In this document: piece by piece, positions 8,534 through 20,588 of the stretch
Layout of the letters: the number at the start of each line of letters is the position of its first letter
Numbering within the stretch: position 1 is the stretch's first letter
Assembly (NCBI GenBank): GCA_046074425.1
Contig: JBJTOG010000036.1
Location: forward strand, 1 to 43,177
Source of the DNA: Actinomycetota bacterium
GTDB lineage: Bacteria; Actinomycetota; Actinomycetes; Actinomycetales; Microbacteriaceae
Reading direction: 5' to 3'
DNA length: 43,177 nt
The notes under the pieces: generated by a model
Databases searched by the model: none
The model's input: only the letters and a program-made list of their open reading frames with translations
What the model was told of the DNA's origin: nothing
Position numbers and translations under genes: made by a program

Positions 8534-9994
8534 CTAACTGTAAACCGAGATTGGTTGATCTGATGCTCGAACCGGCGAAGGAAGTTCGCTGGTTCCCTCT
8601 AAATATCGATCAATCGAGGCAGCTGCTGACCTACCCTCTGCTATTGCCCAAACAATTAGTGACTGACCCCTACCGGCATCGCCGGCGACAAATACGCCGT
8701 CCAATTCAGTGCCAAAGCTGTCCGTGCGGGCGAAATTACCCTTGGTATCCAAGGGGATTTCAATCTCTGCTTGCGCCTGTTTGGTCTCTGGCCCCGTAAA
8801 GCCAAGTGCGAGCAGCACTAGATCAGCCTCCAGAATTCTTTCCGTTCCCGGTGTTGGAAGCCTTTTGCCATCTATTATTTGCGTTTCTGCAATCTTTATA
8901 CCGGTGACTTTGCCGCCGACACCAACGAATTCAACTGTGGAGGATAGATACTGGCGTTCACCAAATTCCTCATGGGCACTGCTTATCTCGAAGAGGTTGG
9001 GGTAAGTTGGCCAGGGTTGAGATTCGCTTCGACTCTCAGGCGGTTTAGCGCCAATGGCGATTGTAGTGACCGAAACAGCGCCTTGCCTGGTCGCCGAACC
9101 TAGGCAGTCCGCGCCGGTATCACCACCGCCCAAAATAATTACCTTCTTGCCGCTTGCCGTGATTTGATCCTCTACTGGCAATCCCGCAACCATCCGATTC
9201 GCCTGAGTCAGATATGGCATTGCAAAATGAATTCCATCGAAATCTCGCCCTGGAACCTGAAGATCTCTAGGGACGGAAGCTCCCGTTGCGATTAAAACCG
9301 CATCGTATCTCCTGCGAAGGTCAACCCAGCTAATGTCTCTTCCGATGTCGACAGAGGTGCGGAATCTCACGCCTTCGGCTTCCAATTGAGCCAATCTTCG
9401 ATCGATGTGTTGCTTTTCCATTTTGAAATCAGGGATTCCATAACGGAGTAAGCCACCGATGCGATCATCTCGTTCAAAAACAGCAACTGTGTGACCGGCT
9501 CTTGCTAGCTGCTGAGCAGCTGCCAAACCCGCGGGACCTGAACCAACTACCGCGACAGTTTTACCGGTGAGTCGCTCGGGAGCATGCACGGTGACCCAAC
9601 CCTGATCGAAGGCCTCATCGATAATTGAAACTTCAATTTCTTTGATTGTCACTGCCGGTTGGTTGATTGAGAGAACACAGGCTGCCTCACAAGGAGCCGG
9701 GCAAAGGCGCCCTGTGAATTCAGGGAAATTATTGGTGGCGTGCAATCGTTCAATGGCGTTGTGGCCATCGGCTCGCCAAACAGCATCATTCCACTCTGGA
9801 ATAAGGTTCCCGAGCGGACAACCCTGGTGGCAAAATGGCACACCGCAGTCCATGCATCGCCCAGCTTGGGTTTGCACTACCCCGGATTGACGTCGTTCGT
9901 AAACTTCTTTCCAGTCCTGAATTCGAACGGGAACCGGACGTCGCTCGGCAGTTTGACGCTGCGGAATCTTCATGAAGCCTCTTGGATCAGCCAT
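8534..9994 (-). CDS. gltD: Glutamate synthase small (beta) subunit
   Basis: [10 protein letters not shown] Fe-S motif, [38 protein letters not shown]. Confidence 0.97.
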   Translation of the reverse strand: MADPRGFMKIPQRQTAERRPVPVRIQDWKEVYERRQSGVVQTQAGRCMDCGVPFCHQGCPLGNLIPEWNDAVWRADGHNAIERLHATNNFPEFTGRLCPAPCEAACVLSINQPAVTIKEIEVSIIDEAFDQGWVTVHAPERLTGKTVAVVGSGPAGLAAAQQLARAGHTVAVFERDDRIGGLLRYGIPDFKMEKQHIDRRLAQLEAEGVRFRTSVDIGRDISWVDLRRRYDAVLIATGASVPRDLQVPGRDFDGIHFAMPYLTQANRMVAGLPVEDQITASGKKVIILGGGDTGADCLGSATRQGAVSVTTIAIGAKPPESRSESQPWPTYPNLFEISSAHEEFGERQYLSSTVEFVGVGGKVTGIKIAETQIIDGKRLPTPGTERILEADLVLLALGFTGPETKQAQAEIEIPLDTKGNFARTDSFGTELDGVFVAGDAGRGQSLIVWAIAEGRSAAASIDRYLEGTSELPSPVRASDQPISVYS

Positions 9995-12900
9995 TGGTGG
10001 CCTCCAAAATTTCCTTCCAGACTAGATCGCTATCTGGATCAACACCTCGCTCGAGAGCCGAATCTCTAATTGCCGTGACGCTAGAGAAGTCAGTTGGCAT
10101 CAGCAAAGTAAAGTTGGGCATCTCCGCGTCAAAATCGGACAGAATTCTCTCTGCGATTCTGGATCCAGTCTCAATTTGGTGTGCTTCAAGGAGCCCGCGA
10201 AGTTCTTCAGCGCGGGAACCTTCCACGGGAAGTAGTTGCAAGTCCTCTGCCTTTAGGGCATCGGGATTAATGCGCTCACTTCTTAGTTTGTAGACAAACG
10301 CATAACCGCCGCTCATACCGGCACCCAGGTTTCTTCCGGTACGCCCCAAAATGACTGCGCGACCGCCAGTCATGTACTCCAAAGCGTGATCCCCAACACC
10401 TTCAACAACTGCGGTTGCACCGGAGTTTCTGACTAGGAATCGCTCTCCAACAATTCCAGATAGATACAATTCACCCGAAGTTGCCCCGTAGCCAATTACG
10501 TTCCCTGCAATGATGTTTTCTTCGGCGGGGAAGCTCGCTGATTCATCAGGTCGAACCACGATCTTTCCACCACTAAGACCTTTTCCGACATAGTCGTTTG
10601 AATCTCCAATGAGTGTCAGTTTTATTCCTCGAGGGACAAAGGCACCGAAGGATTGTCCTGCTGAACCTCGAAGAGTTATCCGAATAGTGTCATCCGCCAA
10701 GCCCTCAGCGCCAAATCTGGAGGTTACTTCGTGGCCAAGCATGGTACCAACAGCCTGTTCGGTGTTCCGAATTGGAAGGTCAATCTGAACCAATTGGGCA
10801 TCTTCCAAAGCAGCAGTTGAGAGGGAGATTAGCTTGTGATCAAAGTGCTTCTCGAGTTCATGATTTTGCATGGTGAATCTACGCTTTGGCGCCTGTGTTT
10901 CCAAACCAGAGCCTTGCAGAATCGGAGTCAGATCTAAGCCGTCCGCCTTCCAATGATGAATGGCGTGATTCACATCGAGCACTTCAATTTGTCCAATTGC
11001 TTCATCCAGCGAACGGAATCCAAGCTCTGCTAATAGTTCCCTAACCTCTTCGGCGAGGAATTCAAAGAAGTTCACAACAAATTCAGGTTTTCCCGTAAAA
11101 CGCGAACGAAGCATAGGGTTTTGCGTTGCTACTCCAACTGGGCAGGTGTCGAGATGGCAAACCCTCATCAGTATGCAGCCAGAAACCACAAGTGGTGCTG
11201 TTGCGAATCCGAATTCTTCTGCTCCGAGTAGGGCAGCAATTACGACATCGCGTCCTGTTTTCATCTGCCCATCAACCTGAACCGAAACCCGATCCCGAAG
11301 CCCATTCAGCATCAACGTTTGCTGGGTTTCGGCAAGTCCTAGTTCCCAAGGTGTTCCAGCATGCTTGAGCGAGTTAAGAGGTGAGGCTCCAGTTCCACCG
11401 TCGTGGCCGCTTACCAAGATAACGTCCGCTTTGGCCTTCGCAACTCCAGCAGCCACCGTTCCGATGCCAACCTGGCTTACGAGCTTAACGTGAACCCTGG
11501 CTTTTGAATTTGCCCGTTTCAAGTCGAAGATGAGTTGCTTAAGATCTTCGATCGAGTAGATGTCGTGGTGTGGAGGAGGTGAGATAAGACCAACTCCAGG
11601 GGTCGAGTGTCGGGTCTTGGCAATCCAAGGATAGATTTTGTTAGCTGCAAGCTGACCACCTTCGCCTGGTTTGGCACCTTGCGCCATCTTGATTTGAATG
11701 TCGTCGGCATTTGTTAGGTACATACTCGTCACGCCAAAACGGCCAGATGCAACTTGTTTTATAGCACTTCGGCGAGCTGGATCTAAAAGTCTTTCTAGAT
11801 CCTCACCACCTTCACCAGTATTTGATTTCGCTCCAAGTTGATTCATGGCAATTGCCAGAGTTTCGTGAGCCTCTTGGCTAATTGACCCATAGCTCATCGC
11901 ACCGGTTGAAAAACGCTTTACTATTTCGCCTACTGGCTCAACTTCTTCGATTGGGACCGAGGGTCTTAATCCCGCCTTGAACTTGAATAAACCTCGAAGT
12001 GTCATTAGGCGCTCTGATTGATCGTCAACGGTCTTGGTGTATTGCTTAAAGATGTCGTAGCGACGCTCTCTTGTGGAGTGCTGAAGCTTAAAAACAGTCT
12101 CAGGATTAAATAGATGTGGCGGACCCTCTCGGCGCCACTGATACTCTCCCCCAACATCAAGCGGTTGGTGAATGTTCACTGCTCGCTCGATTGGGTAGGC
12201 GCCAAAATGCCTAGCAGCAATCTCCTCGTGCAAGACATCGATTCCGATTCCGCCGAGCTGGCTAATGGTGCCTGTGAAATACCTGTCAACAACATCCTGA
12301 TTTAGCCCAATTGCTTCGAAACATTGAGCACCGCTGTAAGAAGACACTGTCGAGATACCCATCTTCGACATGATTTTTAAAACACCTTTACCAAGTGCCT
12401 TGATTAGATTAGAACCAGCCTGTTCGAAGGTTAGGCCATCGATTCGTCCATCCTTCACCATGAGCTCGACAGATTCCAATGCTAGGTATGGATTTACCGC
12501 TGCAGCTCCATATCCAACTAGCGCAGCAACGTGATGCACCTCTCGAACGTCTCCAGCCTCGACCACTAGACCGACCATGGTTCGACGACCGGTGCGAATC
12601 AAATGGTGGTGGACTGCGGAAGTAAGCAATAGCGAGGGAATCGGTGCCAAATCACGATTGGAATTACGGTCTGAAAGTATCAGGTAGGTAATGCCATCAC
12701 TGATGGCGTTATCAACCTCGATACAGATTTGTTCTAACCTCTCCTCAAGGGCCTTCGAGCCTTCGTGAACTCTGTATAAGCCCTGGACCACAAATGCTTC
12801 TCCGCTGCCTGGAATCTCATCAATGTGTTTGATTTTGGCTAATTCGTCATTTCCAAGTGCCGGGAAATCAAGAATGACCTGTTTAGCGTGTTCTGGCCCA

Positions 12901-14543
12901 GCGGCCAAAAGGTTTCGCTCCGGTCCGATGCCAGTCGAAAGTGAAGTGACAACTTCCTCCCGAATGGCATCAAGAGGCGGGTTGGTTACTTGGGCGAATT
13001 GCTGAACGAAATAGTCAAATAGCAGCCTTGGCCGATCTGAAATTGCAGCAATAGGAGTGTCGGATCCCATCGCCCCTAACGGTTCAGCCCCTGCAAGTGC
13101 CATCGGTCGCAGCAATATTCGTAGCTCTTCTTCTGTGTAGCCAAAGGTCCGTTGACGTCTAACCACCGAAGAGGGGGTGTGTGAGATGTGTTCACGCTCG
13201 GGAAGATTTCTAAGATGAATGCGATTCTCTTCTAGCCACTTATCCCACGGTTCCAAAGCGGCAATCTCAGCTTTGATTTCGTCATCTTCAATTAATCGGC
13301 CGTTAGCGGTATCGACCAGGAACATCTTTCCTGGTTGCAACCTTCCTTTGCGAACAATCTTCGATGGATCAATGTCAGCAACTCCAATTTCGGATGCCAA
13401 CACCACCAACCCATCTTCGGAAATAATGTAGCGGCCAGGGCGTAGCCCATTTCGGTCTAAGGTTGCCCCGACCAAATTTCCGTCGGTGAAGATTACGGCA
13501 GCTGGACCATCCCAAGGCTCCATAAGCATGCTGTGATACTCATAGAAACTTTCACGATTTGATTCAATGTCGTTTTGCTTCTCCCACGCTTCTGGAATCA
13601 TCATCATCATTGCGTGTGGCAGCGATCGCCCTGCCAAATAAAGCAGTTCTAAAACTTCGTCAAACGATGCTGAATCACTCGCACCTGGAGTGATGATTGG
13701 TTTCAAACTTTCAATGTCCCCGAGAAGTTCGCTATGTAGTTGAGCCTCGCGAGAGCGCATCCAGTTGCGGTTCCCGCGAACGGTGTTAATTTCTCCGTTG
13801 TGAGCAATCATGCGGAAAGGATGCGCTAATGGCCAGGAAGGAAAAGTATTGGTAGAAAAACGTGAATGCACTAGGGCAAGAGTTGAAACCATTCTGCGAT
13901 CGCTAAGGTCAGGGAAGAAGGGCTCCAGCTGAAGAGTCGTCACCATTCCCTTGTAGACAATAGTTTTTGAAGAAAGCGAAGGATGATAGATTCCAATCTC
14001 CCGCTCGCTACGCTTTCTAAGTCTAAAAAGCCTTCGCTCTAAATCAATTCCCGTACAGTCATCGTCGCTAGCGACGAATACTTGTGAGATAAAGGGCATG
14101 GCCGCTTTCGCTAGCTCTCCCAACACATCAGGATTGTTCGGGACATCGCGCCAACTTATAACGCGCAAGTTTTCACTAAGAGCGATGTCGTTGAATTGCT
14201 TTCGCTCTTGCTCACGCTTTTTTGGATCCAGGGACTCGAACACCAACCCAACACCATACTCGCCAAGCAAAGGAAGTTTTTCTGAGATTACGTTCCTAAA
14301 AAAATCATCTGGAATTTGAATCAGAATTCCAGCGCCATCTCCAGTTCCAGCATCAGAACCCACAGCACCACGATGTTCTAAATTTCGAAGAGCATTTAGA
14401 GCGGTTTCAATAATGTCGTAACCGGCTTTACCTCGGAGCGTGGCCACCATAGCAAGGCCACAGGCGTCCTTTTCGGACTGTTGATTGTAAAGACCAGATT
14501 GCGGCCAATTGCTAAAGCGCTCAAATGGCGATTTCGCAGGCAT
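9987..14543 (-). CDS. gltB: Glutamate synthase large (alpha) subunit
   Basis: EKDACG (catalytic Cys), [38 protein letters not shown]-terminal GXGXG domain. Start ATG 14543 with SD GGAG preferred over TTG 14558. Confidence 0.97.
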   Translation of the reverse strand: MPAKSPFERFSNWPQSGLYNQQSEKDACGLAMVATLRGKAGYDIIETALNALRNLEHRGAVGSDAGTGDGAGILIQIPDDFFRNVISEKLPLLGEYGVGLVFESLDPKKREQERKQFNDIALSENLRVISWRDVPNNPDVLGELAKAAMPFISQVFVASDDDCTGIDLERRLFRLRKRSEREIGIYHPSLSSKTIVYKGMVTTLQLEPFFPDLSDRRMVSTLALVHSRFSTNTFPSWPLAHPFRMIAHNGEINTVRGNRNWMRSREAQLHSELLGDIESLKPIITPGASDSASFDEVLELLYLAGRSLPHAMMMMIPEAWEKQNDIESNRESFYEYHSMLMEPWDGPAAVIFTDGNLVGATLDRNGLRPGRYIISEDGLVVLASEIGVADIDPSKIVRKGRLQPGKMFLVDTANGRLIEDDEIKAEIAALEPWDKWLEENRIHLRNLPEREHISHTPSSVVRRQRTFGYTEEELRILLRPMALAGAEPLGAMGSDTPIAAISDRPRLLFDYFVQQFAQVTNPPLDAIREEVVTSLSTGIGPERNLLAAGPEHAKQVILDFPALGNDELAKIKHIDEIPGSGEAFVVQGLYRVHEGSKALEERLEQICIEVDNAISDGITYLILSDRNSNRDLAPIPSLLLTSAVHHHLIRTGRRTMVGLVVEAGDVREVHHVAALVGYGAAAVNPYLALESVELMVKDGRIDGLTFEQAGSNLIKALGKGVLKIMSKMGISTVSSYSGAQCFEAIGLNQDVVDRYFTGTISQLGGIGIDVLHEEIAARHFGAYPIERAVNIHQPLDVGGEYQWRREGPPHLFNPETVFKLQHSTRERRYDIFKQYTKTVDDQSERLMTLRGLFKFKAGLRPSVPIEEVEPVGEIVKRFSTGAMSYGSISQEAHETLAIAMNQLGAKSNTGEGGEDLERLLDPARRSAIKQVASGRFGVTSMYLTNADDIQIKMAQGAKPGEGGQLAANKIYPWIAKTRHSTPGVGLISPPPHHDIYSIEDLKQLIFDLKRANSKARVHVKLVSQVGIGTVAAGVAKAKADVILVSGHDGGTGASPLNSLKHAGTPWELGLAETQQTLMLNGLRDRVSVQVDGQMKTGRDVVIAALLGAEEFGFATAPLVVSGCILMRVCHLDTCPVGVATQNPMLRSRFTGKPEFVVNFFEFLAEEVRELLAELGFRSLDEAIGQIEVLDVNHAIHHWKADGLDLTPILQGSGLETQAPKRRFTMQNHELEKHFDHKLISLSTAALEDAQLVQIDLPIRNTEQAVGTMLGHEVTSRFGAEGLADDTIRITLRGSAGQSFGAFVPRGIKLTLIGDSNDYVGKGLSGGKIVVRPDESASFPAEENIIAGNVIGYGATSGELYLSGIVGERFLVRNSGATAVVEGVGDHALEYMTGGRAVILGRTGRNLGAGMSGGYAFVYKLRSERINPDALKAEDLQLLPVEGSRAEELRGLLEAHQIETGSRIAERILSDFDAEMPNFTLLMPTDFSSVTAIRDSALERGVDPDSDLVWKEILEATNG

Positions 14544-14643
14544 AGTCACTCCAATCAAAGAATTTGATGGGACAACTTTGGCCCGAAGAATTTACTCGTA
14601 TCTAAAAGTTGGGCACTTTTGATGCCTGAAAAAGCCGGTCGGG

Positions 14644-15522
14644 CTACTGCTCAGATTCTACCTTATCCGCCTTATCTGGCTCTTTACCAGCGCGATAGAC
14701 ACTTGTTTCTAATCCAGGGTGGCGACGGCGCTGAATCAGAATCATCGCAAGACCAACCGCGATTCCAAGTAAAGCGGACCATAGGTTCACTCGAAGTCCA
14801 AGGATTACCTCACTTGGATCGATTCGAATTCCCTCAATCCAGAATCGTCCAATTGAGTAGTAGATGATGTAGAGGCCAAAAAGCTTGCCCCAACGTAGCT
14901 GGAATTTGCGATCTATCAGAAGCAGTAGGGCTACGCCAAATAGTGACCAGATTGATTCATAAAGGAAAGTTGGGTGGAATAGCACCCCCTCCGGAAGGCC
15001 ATTCGGATAAGCCGGGTTGGTGGCGGGAATCTCTAACCCCCAAGGCAAATCTGTCGGCGTTCCGAACAATTCCTGATTGAAATAGTTGCCCCAACGACCG
15101 ATGGCTTGAGCTAGCAAAATTCCAGGTGCTACTGCATCCAGGTAGGACAAAAGATTAATTCCAGCCTGCCTTGCTCCGATGTAAGCGCCGAGGGCTCCAA
15201 AGATGAAGGCGCCGTAAATTGCGAGGCCACCTTCCCAAATTCGGAAAACGGCTAATAGGTCGGCACCTTGAAAGAAGTAGTCATTGGGGTGGGTCAAGAC
15301 GTGAAAGATGCGTCCACCAATAATTCCAAACGGAACAGCCCATAGCGCGATGTCCAAAGATATTCCGGCCACGGCGCCACGGCGCTGCAGCCTAAGATCG
15401 GCAATCCAAATGGCTAAGGCTATTCCAACCAAGATGAACAGCGCATAGAAATGAATTCGTAGTGGACCAATCTCAATAAAGCTGATCCCTGGTGAAGGTA
15501 TTGATGAAAGTATATTTAGCAA
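14644..15522 (-). CDS. lgt: Prolipoprotein diacylglyceryl transferase
   Basis: IHFYAL, IWEGGLAIYG, QAIGRWGNYFNQELFG, HPTFLYES. Confidence 0.96.
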   Translation of the reverse strand: MLNILSSIPSPGISFIEIGPLRIHFYALFILVGIALAIWIADLRLQRRGAVAGISLDIALWAVPFGIIGGRIFHVLTHPNDYFFQGADLLAVFRIWEGGLAIYGAFIFGALGAYIGARQAGINLLSYLDAVAPGILLAQAIGRWGNYFNQELFGTPTDLPWGLEIPATNPAYPNGLPEGVLFHPTFLYESIWSLFGVALLLLIDRKFQLRWGKLFGLYIIYYSIGRFWIEGIRIDPSEVILGLRVNLWSALLGIAVGLAMILIQRRRHPGLETSVYRAGKEPDKADKVESEQ

Positions 15523-15530
15523 TTGATCCT

Positions 15531-16307
15531 CTATTTGTTGGCTAGCTGCTGAACTTGTTTCTTGAGTGCCTCAAGTCCACCCTGTTGGTAAGCGCGTACA
15601 AAGGCTGAGCCGACAATTGCGCCATCGGCGTAGCTATTGATCTCTTCAACTTGTTCCCTGGTAGAGACACCGATTCCGACACAGGTAAGAGATTTCGGAG
15701 ACTGGTCTCTGATTTCTGAAACAACTTTTTTGGCATTGGAATCCAGTTGTTCTCTAGCTCCAGTAATTCCCATGGTGCTAACTGCATATACAAATCCCCT
15801 GGACTGAGCAGCGGCCTGGGCCACCCGCTCCGGGGATGAAGTTGGTGTCGAAAGAAAAATTCGATCTAGTTGGTGCCGATCCGTTGCCACTATCCATTCA
15901 TTGGCTTCGTCGGGAATCAGATCTGGAGTTATAGCACCGGCCGCTCCAGCATCTGCCAAATCCTGAGCAAATCTTTCAACGCCGTATTGCAAAACCGGAT
16001 TCCAGTAGGTCATCACAAGTAGCGGTGCATCAACTCGTTCCGAAATCTCTTTGATAGCGGCAAAACTGTCGCGAAGTTTGAATCCAGCCTCGAGTGCCAC
16101 CTCAGTTGCCTGCTGGATTACCGGACCATCCATAACGGGATCGCTATAGGGAATACCAAGTTCTAATACGTCGACTCCGTTTTCGCACATCGCAACCGCC
16201 GCTTCGATGGAATCTTGCAAATTTGGAAATCCGAGAGGAAAGTATCCAACTAAAGTTGTCTTCCCAGAATCCCGGTTGCTTGATAGAACGCGTTCAGTTG
16301 TGCTCAT
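15531..16307 (-). CDS. trpA: Tryptophan synthase alpha chain
   Basis: [41 protein letters not shown]. Confidence 0.97.
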   Translation of the reverse strand: MSTTERVLSSNRDSGKTTLVGYFPLGFPNLQDSIEAAVAMCENGVDVLELGIPYSDPVMDGPVIQQATEVALEAGFKLRDSFAAIKEISERVDAPLLVMTYWNPVLQYGVERFAQDLADAGAAGAITPDLIPDEANEWIVATDRHQLDRIFLSTPTSSPERVAQAAAQSRGFVYAVSTMGITGAREQLDSNAKKVVSEIRDQSPKSLTCVGIGVSTREQVEEINSYADGAIVGSAFVRAYQQGGLEALKKQVQQLANK

Positions 16308-17509
16308 TTGACCAATCCGAAGTATTTCGCCGCAGTCTCCATGTCTTTATCGCCGCGACCGCTTAGATTTACCAGTACCTTAGAGCCAGGTTTAAGAGTT
16401 GGCCCGAGTTTTATCACTCCAGCTAGAGCGTGGGCAGTTTCGATTGCTGGAATGATCCCTTCTGTTCGCGACAGAAGGGATAGTGCTGACATAGCTTCGC
16501 TGTCCGTGATCGGCATGTAGCTAGTTCTGCCAAGTTCTTTTAACCAGGAATGTTCTGGTCCAACTCCTGGGTAATCCAAGCCAGCAGATATAGAGTGCGA
16601 CTCCACTGTTTGGCCATCTTCATCTTGAAGTAAATAGCTCTTTGCTCCATGCAAAACTCCTGGCCGACCCATGCTTAAAGTTGCCGCATGGCGCGGTGTG
16701 TCAATACCCTCGCCGGCAGCTTCCATTCCAACGAGTTGAACGTTCTGGTCATCCAAGAATGCGTGGAAGATTCCAATAGCGTTGGAGCCACCACCAACAC
16801 AGGCTGCAACTACATCCGGCAACCCCCCGAATTGTTCGAGCATCTGGGCACGAGCTTCCTTACCAATAATGGAGTGAAAGTCTCGCACCATAGTTGGGAA
16901 AGGATGTGGACCAGCTACTGTTCCCAAGAGGTAGTGAGTAGATTCGACGTTGGCAACCCAATCGCGCAGGGCTTCGTTTATCGCATCTTTTAAAGTGCGA
17001 CTTCCAGTTTTAACTGGGATAACTTCAGCGCCAAGTAATCGCATTCTGGCAACGTTCAGAGCCTGTCGTTCAGTGTCAATTTCTCCCATGTAGACAACGC
17101 AGTCCAACCCCATTAGAGCTGCTGCTGTTGCGCTTGCTACGCCATGTTGCCCGGCACCCGTCTCGGCAATGATGCGACTTTTGCCCATTCTCTTTGTTAG
17201 TAGGGCCTGCCCTAGAACGTTATTGATTTTGTGCGAACCAGTGTGATTGAGATCTTCTCGCTTTAGGTAAACTCTGATGTCGCCGATGGTGGCAGCAAAG
17301 CGTTTAGCTTCAGTGATGATTGATGGTCTCCCCGTATAACCCGCGTGAAGCTGAGCTAGCTCTGCAACGAACTCCGGATCATTCTTGGCCTTTTGGTAGG
17401 TAGCATCCAGTTCATCAAGCGCTGCAATCAGAGATTCCGGGACAAATCTCCCGCCAAAGTCCCCAAAATAGGGACCCTGCTGTTCAGATAGCTTGGTTTG
17501 ATTCGACAC
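16304..17509 (-). CDS. trpB: Tryptophan synthase beta chain
   Basis: [16 protein letters not shown] (PLP Lys), [33 protein letters not shown]. Start GTG 17509 or ATG 17512. Confidence 0.98.
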   Translation of the reverse strand: MSNQTKLSEQQGPYFGDFGGRFVPESLIAALDELDATYQKAKNDPEFVAELAQLHAGYTGRPSIITEAKRFAATIGDIRVYLKREDLNHTGSHKINNVLGQALLTKRMGKSRIIAETGAGQHGVASATAAALMGLDCVVYMGEIDTERQALNVARMRLLGAEVIPVKTGSRTLKDAINEALRDWVANVESTHYLLGTVAGPHPFPTMVRDFHSIIGKEARAQMLEQFGGLPDVVAACVGGGSNAIGIFHAFLDDQNVQLVGMEAAGEGIDTPRHAATLSMGRPGVLHGAKSYLLQDEDGQTVESHSISAGLDYPGVGPEHSWLKELGRTSYMPITDSEAMSALSLLSRTEGIIPAIETAHALAGVIKLGPTLKPGSKVLVNLSGRGDKDMETAAKYFGLVK

Positions 17510-17518
17510 CATAGAAGT

Positions 17519-18298
17519 CTAAACCCTGGGTACCGAGCTAAATTCTTCGATCAATTTCGCAGCCTCACCCTTAACTAACGCTTCCCCGACCAGCACCATA
17601 TCCGCACCAGCATTGGCGTATTCCCTAACATCTGATAGGTCTCGAACTGCTGACTCGGCAACCTTAATTACATCTTTGGGAATCAAATCAATTAGCTCTG
17701 CGAATAATCCGCGATTGGTTTCGAATGTGTCCAAATCTCGCGCGTTGACCCCTATCAGATCTGCCCCAATACCTATGGCCAGATCTACTTCCGCCTTCGA
17801 ATGGGTTTCCACGAGAACGCTCATTTCAAGATCTTGAGCAAGCGAATATAGGACTCTAAGTCTTTCCGCCGAGAGCCCAGCGACAATCAATAAAACGATG
17901 TCAGCGCCGTAGGCTCTTGCTTCCAAAATCTGGTATTCAGAAGCTAGAAAATCCTTTCGTAGCAGCGGGATGCTCACCGACTCCCGAACTTCTCGAAAAT
18001 CGCCTAAGCTCCCTAGGAATTTTCGTCCCTCGGTCAAAACGCTAATAGCTGATGCACCCGAAAGCTCATAGGTCTTCGCAAGAGCAGTTGGATCAGCAAT
18101 TTCCGCCATAAGGCCCTTCGAAGGGCTTGCCCGCTTTATTTCGGCAATCACTCCGACAGTGTTTGATTCTCGGAATCTTGCTACGGCAGATAAAGGCTTT
18201 GCTCTATTTAGGGCTAGTTTTTCGATTTCATCGAGTGAGATTTGCTGCTCGCGAATAGCCGCGTCCGAGAGCGACCCCGCATAAAGCTCTTGAAGCAG
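17519..18298 (-). CDS. trpC: Indole-3-glycerol phosphate synthase
   Basis: IAEIKRASPSKG, ISVLTE, LLRKDF, GVNARDL, VAES, LVGEAL. The frame stays open 49 codons upstream of the ORF-track start (LLQELYAGSLSDAAIREQ...), giving 259 aa from CTG 18298. Confidence 0.95.
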   Translation of the reverse strand: MLQELYAGSLSDAAIREQQISLDEIEKLALNRAKPLSAVARFRESNTVGVIAEIKRASPSKGLMAEIADPTALAKTYELSGASAISVLTEGRKFLGSLGDFREVRESVSIPLLRKDFLASEYQILEARAYGADIVLLIVAGLSAERLRVLYSLAQDLEMSVLVETHSKAEVDLAIGIGADLIGVNARDLDTFETNRGLFAELIDLIPKDVIKVAESAVRDLSDVREYANAGADMVLVGEALVKGEAAKLIEEFSSVPRV

Positions 18299-18300
18299 GC

Positions 18301-18522
18301 CTAACGCTTCGACTTTGACCCGCCGACGCCATAGCCTGCCCTTTTAAGGAAATAACCAACAGCCAATCCACCCAAGGCCATAGCAAAGCATGCCCACACT
18401 AGTAGAGCTTGATCAAGCCAGAAAAAAAGTGTTCCCAAGCCAAAAGCAATCAAGATGATGGTGACTGCACTCCAGGCTGCGACGGAGTCGCCGTGGCCCG
18501 GATCCGAAAGGTTTTCTGACAT
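18301..18522 (-). CDS. Small two-TM membrane protein, HGxxPAAW/DUF6704-like
   Basis: DPGHGDSVAAW motif, two hydrophobic helices, KRAGYG tail; SD GGAGGAG; typical position before actinobacterial trpC. Confidence 0.8.
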   Translation of the reverse strand: MSENLSDPGHGDSVAAWSAVTIILIAFGLGTLFFWLDQALLVWACFAMALGGLAVGYFLKRAGYGVGGSKSKR

Positions 18523-18541
18523 AAATCTCCTCCAGTGCCCT

Positions 18542-18547
18542 AGTTTA
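18542..18547 (-). promoter_or_regulatory. Putative -10 element (ccgc-TAAACT) for 73-aa gene and trpC
   Basis: TANNNT in the 30-bp gap, followed by SD GGAGGAG and ATG 18522. Confidence 0.5.
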
Positions 18548-18552
18548 GCGGC

Positions 18553-19077
18553 TTAGCGGCGCTGTTGCTCCCAAAGGCCAACTGAAACTGATTCCTGTGT
18601 CTTTTCTTTTTTTAGAACACGGTTTTTGCCCAGGGCCACTAGCCCAAGCACTCCGACGTTTACGAGCCCGAGGACTAAATAGGCAATCCAAGTACTCGAA
18701 AAATTAGAAGAGGCTAAAAGCGCCTGCTGTGCGCTCTGACCTGCAACTCCGCTGACTGCAGCAATCGAGGAGTTCAACGCTACCTCAAATAATTTGACTT
18801 GAATGAATATAAGTTCGGCCAAGTGCCAACCCATACATAATGCCAAGATTATGGCCAGAATTCTTTTCGGGCCGGCAGAAAGCAAAAGGCTAACAACAAG
18901 GGCAGCTGCCTGTAGCAACAATATTGGTGCCATGGATGGGAACACTTCGTACCCGCTTAGCACTATCGCTTTTCCGCCCGCCTCTTGGGTGAACTGATAG
19001 CCCACCCAGGTAAATCCACCTGCGATGCAAACTAGACCAAGAGAAATCAGCCATAGGAAATTGAGGTTAAGTTTCAT
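18553..19077 (-). CDS. Trp biosynthesis-associated membrane protein (Trp_oprn_chp-like)
   Basis: Four hydrophobic segments, TW near N-terminus, C-terminal LWEQ; lies between trpE and trpC as in other Actinobacteria. Assignment is mainly by synteny. Confidence 0.7.
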   Translation of the reverse strand: MKLNLNFLWLISLGLVCIAGGFTWVGYQFTQEAGGKAIVLSGYEVFPSMAPILLLQAAALVVSLLLSAGPKRILAIILALCMGWHLAELIFIQVKLFEVALNSSIAAVSGVAGQSAQQALLASSNFSSTWIAYLVLGLVNVGVLGLVALGKNRVLKKEKTQESVSVGLWEQQRR

Positions 19078-20588
19078 TTCAAACGCCTAATTGAATTGGC
19101 AATAGCAATAGCCCTCAGTGGTGCTGAAGCTTTATTGCGAGTCTCCTGATACTCCATTTCCGGTACTGAATCCAAAACGATTCCAGCACCGGCTTGAACG
19201 TAGGCTTTACCATCTCTAATCAGTGCGGTTCTAATTGCAATTGCAAGATCAGCATTTCCAGCAAAATCAAAATAGCCAACCACGCCACCAAAAAGACCAC
19301 GATTAGCAGGTTCAAGATCTTCGATAATTTCAAGGGCTCTTGGTTTTGGGGCCCCCGATAAAGTTCCAGCGGGAAAACTAGCTTTGACCGCGTCAACAGC
19401 ACCCGAACTTGGAAGCAACTTACCCTCTACTGTTGAGACAAGATGCATGATGTGGCTATATCTCTCAACGGCCATAAACTCAGTCACAGCAACTGAATCT
19501 GGAAAGCAAACTTTAAGTAAATCGTTGCGTGCAAGATCAACCAACATTAGGTGCTCGGCTTTCTCTTTGGCATCGCCCAAAAGTTCTTCGGCCATCAGAG
19601 CATCGGCTTCAGCTGATTTTCCGCGAGGGCGCGAACCAGCTATCGGGTGCAGCACCGCCTGGTCACCCGAAACGCGAATTAGAGCTTCAGGTGAAGAGCC
19701 AACTACGGAAAAAGCACCTTGGTTGTCCTCGAAATTTAATAGGTACATGTAAGGACTTGGATTTAGAGCCCGAAGAATTCGGTAAACATCGAGTGACCCT
19801 GCATGGCTAATGGAATCAAACCGTTGAGAAAGTACAACTTGGAACACATCTCCATCACGAACATGCTTCTTAGCCTTATCAATTGCAGCTAGAAAATCCC
19901 TTTTAGTGGTTCTTGTGTTGAACTCGGACTCAGCTTCAAAGTCAACTTCAGCCAAAAATGGCTGGGTCATCTTTAGCAATTCTTGACGCATCGCAGCTAT
20001 CCGCGATTTCGCAGTCTCGTATTGCTGATCAATTGAGATTGTTTCCGAAACATATATGTTTGAAATTAGCTTTAGCGTTGAATCCAAATGGTCAACCACA
20101 ACTAGGTCAAGAATCAGACTCATTGCAAAATCCGGTACCGGGTAATCCTTCGGCTTCCGATTCTCAAGTTTTTCAATTTGATGAATTGTGTCCCAGCCCA
20201 TCAGTCCGACCATCCCAGACACCAATGGTGGAAGATTCGGGATAGGAGCCGCTTTCAGGGATTTTTGGATCTTAGAAATGGCTTCTAAACCATTTCCAGC
20301 TTCGCCTTCCGTAATCACGGAAGGTAAGGAAAGTGCCTCTTGGCTTGCCGTGAAAGTGACCTTATCCCCTTCTGCACCGATAACCCCGAGCGAGGAAACC
20401 CCGACAAAACTGTAACGGGACCAGATACCCTGCTCAGCGGATTCCAAGAGAAAGCTTCCTGGTTTTGACGAGGCGAGTTTTTCAAATATGGAAACCGGAG
20501 TCTCGCTTCCAGAGAATATGGTTTCCATAATTGGAATAACTTGGAACTTCTCGGAAAGCTCTCTTGCTTCGCTAAGGCTAATCATCAC
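19074..20588 (-). CDS. trpE: Anthranilate synthase component I
   Basis: [63 protein letters not shown]. Confidence 0.95.
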   Translation of the reverse strand: MMISLSEARELSEKFQVIPIMETIFSGSETPVSIFEKLASSKPGSFLLESAEQGIWSRYSFVGVSSLGVIGAEGDKVTFTASQEALSLPSVITEGEAGNGLEAISKIQKSLKAAPIPNLPPLVSGMVGLMGWDTIHQIEKLENRKPKDYPVPDFAMSLILDLVVVDHLDSTLKLISNIYVSETISIDQQYETAKSRIAAMRQELLKMTQPFLAEVDFEAESEFNTRTTKRDFLAAIDKAKKHVRDGDVFQVVLSQRFDSISHAGSLDVYRILRALNPSPYMYLLNFEDNQGAFSVVGSSPEALIRVSGDQAVLHPIAGSRPRGKSAEADALMAEELLGDAKEKAEHLMLVDLARNDLLKVCFPDSVAVTEFMAVERYSHIMHLVSTVEGKLLPSSGAVDAVKASFPAGTLSGAPKPRALEIIEDLEPANRGLFGGVVGYFDFAGNADLAIAIRTALIRDGKAYVQAGAGIVLDSVPEMEYQETRNKASAPLRAIAIANSIRRLK

